Of a DNA stretch of 12,324 bases, positions 7,901-12,324 are shown piece after piece. The stretch is taken from contig CAJWCD010000108.1 in assembly GCA_913020725.1 (NCBI GenBank), positions 1 through 12,324 of the forward strand, read 5' to 3'. The notes below the pieces were generated by a model, which ran no database searches, was not told the DNA's origin, and saw nothing but the letters and a program-made list of their open reading frames with translations. The DNA is from an uncultured Pseudomonadota bacterium. Lineage in GTDB: Bacteria; SAR324; NAC60-12. The position numbers were made by a program, and so were the translations under genes. Each line of letters starts with the position of its first letter. Position 1 is the stretch's first letter.

Positions 7901-8153
7901 CCGAGGTGGATTTGATCTCCTTGAGGTTCTTGAGGGTTTGCAGTTCCTGCTCGGCCTTGTTGGTGATCAGCGACTCCACGTCCTCCGGAGACGCACCGGG
8001 AAACGGCACCGTAACGATGAGCAGGGGGATTGTGATGTCCGGTGCGGCTTCACGGGGAATTTTGAGGTAGGAAAGCGTTCCCCAAACTCCGATGACCAGC
8101 ATGAGGATGTAAATGATGACCGGGTTACGGATCGCAAGGTGGCTTGGGGTCAC
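4989..8153 (-). CDS. RND efflux transporter permease subunit (AcrB/AcrD/AcrF family)
   Basis: 1054 aa with a GTG start. Motifs AIRNPV, P.E..PDI.IP, PGASPEDVESLIT, S.S.EG.S, AIPLS, TLNIVVLFSLILALGLLVDNAIVVVENIFRH, AAFFPL.FMPGIAGEFI, GIVVNNAIV and AGAVRFRPVLLTAITTILGLLPMA. Two-fold TM plus periplasmic loop architecture. Confidence 0.96.
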   Translation of the reverse strand: MTPSHLAIRNPVIIYILMLVIGVWGTLSYLKIPREAAPDITIPLLIVTVPFPGASPEDVESLITNKAEQELQTLKNLKEIKSTSAEGASTLTLEFTSDFDISEARTKVREVMDSIKPDFPDDVEDFIISEINLSEQPLMIVNLAGEMGLLRLTDIAEDVKEEIEGIPGILEVQRAGGLEREIRVYVNLDKLSYYQLDLNQISSAISSENTNLPGGTVTMGPTKYLIRVPGEFETPEGINDALISAPGQVPVRVQDVANVVFGFKEITTKSRLDGLESISLSVVKRSGENLLAIRNDVLKILGQVEQRYQGEVKFTILSDAGKRVQRIVKDLENNILSGFVLVLLVLLVVMGATNALLVATAIPLSFLLSMIVMEAMGYTLNIVVLFSLILALGLLVDNAIVVVENIFRHRQSGKNRIEAAMLGVQEITLPVTTSTITTVAAFFPLIFMPGIAGEFISYLPQTLIITLFSSLVVALFINPVLASTLLRVKPQQGADPDDLKLVDHSRILRSYKKVLRGVLRARLLTIAVFIGLFIGTFFVYGNYTFPRKGIEFFPKGEPEEVVVSMAAPTGTTLAVSDDYVQEVEGYLEDYQPSLNAVVANVGRSRGFGGAATHKSHVVLAFPDWENWVMLPTKVVTELRKKLEGMVGVEVKLGEQQMGPPTGAPLNIEVRGEDYPTMLQTVEAIKRRIKNIPGLVDLTDNFDRSRPEVKVIINRDKAARLGLRAREIASTVRTAFNGKKVSVFRDGQDEYDIVVQLEQSFRKTATDLGSLYIHTPSGDLVRLSEIAEVRTGPSYGAIRHVETNRVITISGDAFKVPGPVLVKIAQKKLAGLELPSGITYSFTGENKEQRVMQAFIGQSMIVAVFLIFVVMVAQFNSIALPLIVLTSVFMSIMGVLLGLIVHDRPFGIIMTGIGTVALAGIVVNNAIVMLDFVQALRRQGYDRNEAVVLAGAVRFRPVLLTAITTILGLLPMALGMDISFTRDPIVVFGAESASFWKSMALAIMYGLGVATLLTLFVVPALYSLIEGGKEWFGRLFKRKPKPVSEPVQTETAEAA

Positions 8154-8155
8154 GG

Positions 8156-8201
8156 TGGTTTTGGTTTTCAGTCTTCGGTTTCCGGTTTTCAGTCTTCGGT
8201 T
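8156..8201. repeat. Short direct repeat with 7-bp periodicity immediately upstream of the RND start
   Basis: GGTTTTCAGTCTTCGGTT at 8163-8180 and 8184-8201 (21-bp period). The minus strand reads ACCGAAG ACTGAAA ACCGGAA ACCGAAG ACTGAAA ACCAAAA. Confidence 0.8.
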
Positions 8202-8206
8202 CGGGT

Positions 8207-8353
8207 CTAGAGCATTTTCGGTTTATTTGTACTCACTTGTCATTCCCGCGCAGGCGGGAATCCAGACACACGTCCGGGGGTTCTGGATTCCGGGTCTGCG
8301 CTCCGCTGCGCCCGGAATGACGATCTTGAATCTGTGTGCAGAAAATGCTCTGG
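8207..8353. mobile_element. MITE-like element: terminal inverted repeats enclosing a REP/RPE/dRS3-like composite palindrome
   Basis: Ends are CTAGAGCATTTTC (8207-8219) and GAAAATGCTCTGG (8341-8353), a 12/13 inverted match. Inside: GTCATTCC (8239-8246)...GGAATGAC (8314-8321), ATTCCCGCGCAGGCGGGAAT (ATTCCC-N8-GGGAAT form, 8242-8261) and GGAATCCAGA (8257-8266) / TCTGGATTCC (8282-8291). No transposase is present. Confidence 0.7.
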
Positions 8354-8373
8354 CCTCCCGTCCTCATCCTCAA

Positions 8374-9495
8374 TTATGAATCGCCCTTGACGTTGACGGC
8401 TTCCTTGTCAGTGAGCTTGGTGTGGCCTTCCACAATGACCTGTTCGCCAAACTTGAGTCCGGACGTGACTTGCACTCGCTCCTCGCGGCTCACGCCGGTT
8501 TCGATGCGACGCAAGCGAGCCTTGCCGTTCTTGACGACAAAGACCACACGCCCAGTGTCGCGCTCGATGATGGCGTGTCGCGGCACGACCAATTGTTTTT
8601 TGAGAACCCCTTGGTTGATGGTGACACGGGCCAGCATGCCCGGACGCAGGCTCTCCTTGGGATTGTCCATCTCGATCTCCACCGGAAACGTGCGGTTGCG
8701 GGTGTCGGCCTCGATGCCGATGGTGCGGATTTTTCCTGAGAGGGTGCGGCCGTTTTGGGCATAAAGTTCCACCTCAACCGACTGTCCTTTCTTGAGCTTG
8801 AGGACTCCGCGTTCGGGCACGTTGATTTCGACGAGCAGTTGGCTGAGATCGAGGATTTCCACGAGCCGGTCGCCCTTGCGCACAAACTCTCCGGGCTCGG
8901 TGTCCTTGGATTTCACCTGCCCCCGGATGGGGGAGCGGACTACGGATTTCTTGAGGTTGACCTCGGCAAGCTGCTCCTGAAACTTGGCGCTGTCCCGCTG
9001 GTTGCGGCTTTGGTCCAACTGCGCTTGCGAAATCAGGTTTTTCTTGGAGAGCTTGAGGTCGCGCTTGAGATTGGTGACGGCGAGCTTGTGATTCGCACGG
9101 GCGAGATTGAGCCGCACCGTGAGTTCCTTGGTGGCGATGTTGACCAGCACTTGGCTCTTGCGCACGGTTTCGCCCTTGGAAATGTTGACGTTTTCCACTA
9201 GTCCATCCATCTGGGAACGCAGCACCACCCGTTCGTTGGGCTGAAGGTTGCCGACGTAGGTGGACTCCTGCCGGATGGACTGCGGCATCAGCTCAACGAC
9301 CCGGACGTTCGTGTTGCGCTTGGAGGTTGATTGTTTCCCGGAAGCCTCGCCCTGCTTTTGGTTCCGGGGGGTGTTTTGGTCACTGACCGCTGTGTTTGCG
9401 GAACCCTGGCCTTTGTCACATCCGGCGAGGGCCAGAGCCGTGAACAGCAACAGCAGGCTGTTCCGGAGGAAAAGAAGAAGAGGTGATTTCTGCAT
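8374..9495 (-). CDS. RND efflux periplasmic adaptor subunit (canonical lipoprotein membrane fusion protein)
   Basis: 373 aa. Lipobox LAGC, lipoyl halves (G.V..V...GE.V.K.QVL and VRSPIRGQV......PGEFVRKGD.LVEI), short hairpin with canonical R-x3-L-x6-S tip (RDLKLSKKNLIS), beta-barrel (AD..NRTFPVEI..DNP...LRPGM), and membrane-proximal domain (VVPRHAI....GRVVFVV..G.A..R.IETG......VQVTSGL..GEQVIVEG). Confidence 0.95.
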   Translation of the reverse strand: MQKSPLLLFLRNSLLLLFTALALAGCDKGQGSANTAVSDQNTPRNQKQGEASGKQSTSKRNTNVRVVELMPQSIRQESTYVGNLQPNERVVLRSQMDGLVENVNISKGETVRKSQVLVNIATKELTVRLNLARANHKLAVTNLKRDLKLSKKNLISQAQLDQSRNQRDSAKFQEQLAEVNLKKSVVRSPIRGQVKSKDTEPGEFVRKGDRLVEILDLSQLLVEINVPERGVLKLKKGQSVEVELYAQNGRTLSGKIRTIGIEADTRNRTFPVEIEMDNPKESLRPGMLARVTINQGVLKKQLVVPRHAIIERDTGRVVFVVKNGKARLRRIETGVSREERVQVTSGLKFGEQVIVEGHTKLTDKEAVNVKGDS

Positions 9496-9503
9496 AGGGT
9501 GGC

Positions 9504-11051
9504 TCAGGGTTTGGGGAGGTCATAACGTGCATAAAGGTCTCCGGTCAGCACGAGCAGTTGCAGGTTGGTTTTTTCAAACTGGACTCGCGTGAAGATTTCT
9601 TGTTGCTTGGCAAAGGCTTCCTCCTGCTGGCGTTGGGAAACCTGAAAGCTGGTGCTACGCCCAATCCGGAAGCGTTCCACTTCGTTGCGGCGCTGCTGCT
9701 CGGAAAGCTTGACGACGGAGAGTGCGGTTTGCTGCTCCTTGCGTCCCAGCCGCAACGAGCGCAGCAGCGATTGCAGGGTCATGTCCAACTCCAGTTTGCG
9801 TGAAGAGATTTGCAGTTCAAGTTGCTGCCGCTCCAGTTGCCGCTGCTGGATTTTTTCGGGGGCACTGCCGCCCAGCGGAACTGTCCACGTCAGCGAAGCT
9901 CCGAAGCCATGCAGGTCGGTTTTGGCGAAGTCTCCAAGGCCGCTGAAGAAATTCTCCCCGTAGCCCTTGAGCGTGTAGGAAAAGCCAAGGTCGAAGTCCG
10001 TCCTGTCCGCATTCAGGGCATCCACCATATCGTATTGCTTGAGCCGTAGATCGGCCTGTAGTTGGGCGAGTTGTGAATCGTTGGACTCTGCCTTCTTGAG
10101 CAAGGTGGCGCGGTCGAGCTCGGTGTTTCGGATGGCCGGGGAATCTTCCGGATAGAGTCCCACCGGAAGCTCGTTAAGACTGAGGATAGCTCGGACTTGA
10201 TCTTCCACCTTGAGGGCGTCAATACGGGCCGAGAGCAGGCTTTGGCGGTCCCGGAGCAGTTGGATTTCGGTTTCCTGCACATCCATCGTGCTGAGCATCC
10301 CAGCCTCCAGCCGTGCCTGATTGTCCCGCAGCAGTTTTTCGGAAAGCGACACCGCCTGCTTGCGAACCTCCACCGTTTCGAGAATGCCTACGAGATCCCA
10401 GTAGGTCGACCCGATTTGCTGCAAGAGGGTGGATTCGGTTTGGCGGGTGCCCCATTGCATTTTCGTGACTCCAACCTCGGCGCGGCGTTCCGAGAGCGTG
10501 TTGTACTCCGAACCGCCATCTTTGAAAAGCGGGACGCTGACGGAGGCACTCAGCGAGTTGGAATCCAGCCAGTCGCCAAACGAGCCAGCGGTGAAATCGC
10601 CGCCTTGTTTGGTGCGCTCGATGATGGCGGATTGGCTACGGGTTTCGCTATAATCCAGACCGTAATTGACCCCAGAGTCGGTGCGCTTGCTGAGTCCGGA
10701 ACCGAGCGTGATGGTATTGTTTTTTTTCCCGGTCAGGTAGCTCGAGGTAAGCGCTGCCGAGCGGGAAAAACTCGCGGAACTGGTGATCGTCCACGGGTTC
10801 CGGAGTTTGGCGACAGTGAGCGCCTGCTGGGCGGCGCCTTGAGCTTGTCGGGAGGCTTTCAGCGTTTGGCTACGCTCCAGCGCAAGTTGGAGGATCAGCG
10901 CCATCGGCACCTTGGCCATCGTGCGTCCGTCCACTTTCGTCAACTCAACCAAGGCGAGCAGTTGGGCGACTTCCGGATCGCTGGTTGAGATGGCTTGTGC
11001 CGCAGCGCAGACCGGGAAGGTCAGCAGCAGGGCGAGCAGCAGGTTTTTCAT
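9504..11051 (-). CDS. TolC-family outer membrane efflux protein
   Basis: Likely start is the ATG at 11051 (MKNLLLALLLTFPVCAAA|Q signal peptide; alternative ATG at 11081), giving about 515 aa. OEP pattern: LALERS..L, amphipathic strands (LGSGLSKRTDSG.NYGLDYS, LSASVSVPL, FGASLTWTVPLG), YWDL, ARLEAG.LS..DV and E.ERF.IG.STSFQV...Q. It ends 8 bp upstream of the adaptor start. Confidence 0.88.
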   Translation of the reverse strand: MKNLLLALLLTFPVCAAAQAISTSDPEVAQLLALVELTKVDGRTMAKVPMALILQLALERSQTLKASRQAQGAAQQALTVAKLRNPWTITSSASFSRSAALTSSYLTGKKNNTITLGSGLSKRTDSGVNYGLDYSETRSQSAIIERTKQGGDFTAGSFGDWLDSNSLSASVSVPLFKDGGSEYNTLSERRAEVGVTKMQWGTRQTESTLLQQIGSTYWDLVGILETVEVRKQAVSLSEKLLRDNQARLEAGMLSTMDVQETEIQLLRDRQSLLSARIDALKVEDQVRAILSLNELPVGLYPEDSPAIRNTELDRATLLKKAESNDSQLAQLQADLRLKQYDMVDALNADRTDFDLGFSYTLKGYGENFFSGLGDFAKTDLHGFGASLTWTVPLGGSAPEKIQQRQLERQQLELQISSRKLELDMTLQSLLRSLRLGRKEQQTALSVVKLSEQQRRNEVERFRIGRSTSFQVSQRQQEEAFAKQQEIFTRVQFEKTNLQLLVLTGDLYARYDLPKP

Positions 11052-11132
11052 TTTTTGGGTGACAGCGTGAACAAGGGTCATGCAAAATTCTAGAGGAAAT
11101 CCGGAGGGGTTGCGTCTCTGGATTGTAGGGGT

Positions 11133-11143
11133 TTTGTAACAAA
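11133..11143. promoter_or_regulatory. Candidate operator palindrome in the divergent tolC/msrB intergenic region
   Basis: TTTGT-A-ACAAA inverted repeat, adjacent to a minus-strand TACAAT (-10-like) hexamer at 11122-11127. No convincing -35 is visible. Confidence 0.3.
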
Positions 11144-11225
11144 GTATTGCCCATGCGCATTCCGTTGTGAACGGCAAGCACGTTCGAGCAAGCGTGCCCA
11201 CATTGTGCGGGAGCCGCCTTGCTGG

Positions 11226-11252
11226 TGCAAGTCTTGGAGAGACGGACTTGCA
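11226..11252. promoter_or_regulatory. Inverted repeat (hairpin or operator) upstream of msrB
   Basis: TGCAAGTC-N11-GACTTGCA, a perfect 8-bp inverted repeat ending about 45 nt before the msrB ATG. Confidence 0.35.
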
Positions 11253-11284
11253 AACGCCCGCTAGATCAGCCACCTTGTTTTCCG

Positions 11285-11291
11285 AAAGGAG
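11285..11291 (+). promoter_or_regulatory. Shine-Dalgarno site of msrB
   Basis: AAAGGAG lies 5 nt upstream of the ATG at 11297. Confidence 0.75.
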
Positions 11292-11296
11292 AGCTG

Positions 11297-11707
11297 ATGG
11301 AAAAAATACAGAAAAGCGAAGCGGAGTGGCAACAAGCCCTCTCTCCAGAGCAGTACGAGGTTTGCCGGAAGCAGGCAACCGAACGCCCGTTCACCGGGAA
11401 GTATCACGATCACAAAGCGGAGGGCACCTACACCTGCGCGGGCTGCGGTGCGCCACTGTTCGGCTCCGGCACCAAGTACGACTCCGGTTCCGGTTGGCCG
11501 AGTTTTTGGGAACCGCTGGACCCGGACTGCACGGAATCCACCGAGGACCGCAGCCTGTTCATGGTGCGCACCGAGGTTCATTGCGCCCACTGCGACTCCC
11601 ACTTGGGACATGTTTTTGACGACGGACCCCAGCCCACCGGAATGCGCTACTGCGTCAACTCCGCCTCGCTGGACTTCAATTCTGCCGACTCGAAAGAGTC
11701 CTCCTGA
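11297..11707 (+). CDS. msrB: Peptide-methionine (R)-S-oxide reductase MsrB, Zn-binding type
   Basis: 136 aa from the ATG at 11297. KS.AEW...LSPEQY.V.R...TERPFTG, CAGC and CAHC zinc pairs, KYDSG.GWPSF, D.S..MVRTEV, SHLGHVFDDGP.PTG.RYCVNS.SL.F. Confidence 0.97.
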   Translation: MEKIQKSEAEWQQALSPEQYEVCRKQATERPFTGKYHDHKAEGTYTCAGCGAPLFGSGTKYDSGSGWPSFWEPLDPDCTESTEDRSLFMVRTEVHCAHCDSHLGHVFDDGPQPTGMRYCVNSASLDFNSADSKESS

Positions 11708-11724
11708 GTCCTCTTCGTCCTCCG

Positions 11725-12323
11725 AGTTCGGACAATTTCAGCGCCTGTGTCCCGATGGCTTCGGCTCCATCGGCTTCCCACTCCAACAAGACCTTCACGA
11801 TTGCTCCTTCAGATAACCTCTCCACTGCTACCACCTACAAGGTTCGGGTGACCACGGGCGTGAAGGATGCGGCGGTGGGCTACACCTTGGGCAGTCAATT
11901 TGAGACGGCCAGTGGGTTTACCACAAAAGCTTGGACCTGCAGTGGGGATCCTCTTCAGCGGACGAAGGGAAGGGAGTGGCAGTGGACTCTAACAACAATA
12001 TCTATGTGACGGGATACACCTCTGGAGGACTGGACGGGAACACCAGTGCGGGGTCTCAGGGCATCTTTCTGGTCAAGTACAATTCCTCCGGAACCAAACA
12101 GTGGACGCAGCAGTTGGGAACCTCTGCAAATGACCTTGGGTATGGAGTGACGGTGGACTCTTCAAACAATATCTATGTGACCAGATACACCGATGGAGGA
12201 CTGGACGGGAACACCAATGCGGGGGGTAGAGACCTCTTTCTGGTGAAGTACAACTCCAGTGGTGCGCGAATTCAACTCGTAAGTGCAACTCACCGTCTGG
12301 TGAAGAGAGGCAAGCTGCGTTAG
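11725..12323 (+). pseudogene. Remnant of a surface/secreted protein: partial bacterial Ig-like domain followed, via a 1-bp frameshift, by two SBBP (beta-propeller) repeats
   Basis: Frame 1 reads SSDNFSACVPMASAPSASHSNKTFTIAPSDNLSTATTYKVRVTTGVKDAAVG.TL.SQFETASGFTT (Ig-like PxxxLxxxTTYxVxVTTGVKD pattern, no N-terminus). Frame 2 gives two 57-aa units, W..Q.G.S..D.G.GV.VDS.NNIYVT.YT.GGLDGNT.AG....FLVKYNSSG. The frames join at 11935-11937, and similarity breaks down after about 12263. Confidence 0.75.
11932..12263 (+). repeat. Two-copy 171-bp tandem repeat (SBBP units)
   Basis: ATCTATGTGAC.gATACACC..TGGAGGACTGGACGGGAACACCA.TGCGGGG starts at 12000 and 12171. TCTGGT.AAGTACAA.TCC is also duplicated. 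Confidence 0.85.
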
Positions 12324-12324
12324 A

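Noticed and set aside
8113..8379. 88-aa plus-strand ORF across the intergenic repeat (contains VIPAQAGIQ...WIPG)
   Set aside because: This is the typical spurious translation of the palindromic repeat and not a supported gene.
5116..10988. Many plus-strand ORFs of 60-280 aa within the RND, adaptor and TolC genes
   Set aside because: They are antisense shadow ORFs arising from codon bias and show no independent coding evidence.
11219..11296. Upstream start for msrB at 11219
   Set aside because: A clear SD precedes the ATG at 11297, where family similarity begins.
11082..11378. N-terminal extension of the TolC ORF to 11378 (624 aa)
   Set aside because: It would overlap msrB and the divergent intergenic region. 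The signal peptide begins at the ATG at 11051 (or 11081).
11920..11940. Programmed -1 frameshift at ACAAAAG joining the Ig-like and SBBP frames
   Set aside because: There is no X-XXY-YYZ heptamer in frame, and slipping there would lose the conserved Trp of the first SBBP unit. A single-base deletion just downstream fits better.

Overview
The window is dominated by a minus-strand operon-like block (about 11051 down to 1539): TolC-family outer-membrane factor, canonical lipoprotein periplasmic adaptor, a nested palindromic intergenic repeat, AcrB/AcrD/AcrF-family RND permease, a second unusual periplasmic adaptor, a YfcG-like glutathione S-transferase and a TIGR01777-family epimerase/oxidoreductase. 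msrB is transcribed divergently and is followed by a 5'-truncated, frameshifted Ig-like + SBBP-repeat gene remnant. The best candidate for a new system is the second adaptor (3101..4951). Its alpha-helical hairpin is built from two different 21-aa (63-bp) repeat families, about 9 copies on each side of the tip, giving two matched arms of about 213 and 212 residues (about 30 nm if continuously helical). It also has a D-L-T tip instead of R-L-S, no lipobox and no membrane-proximal domain. At the left end, two 5'-truncated genes of different character (a GC-richer FlgD-Ig-tailed secreted protein and a TRAP fused permease) are joined back-to-back at about 625, which looks like a chimeric or assembly junction. 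All calls come from reading the sequence and recognising motifs; no searches were run.
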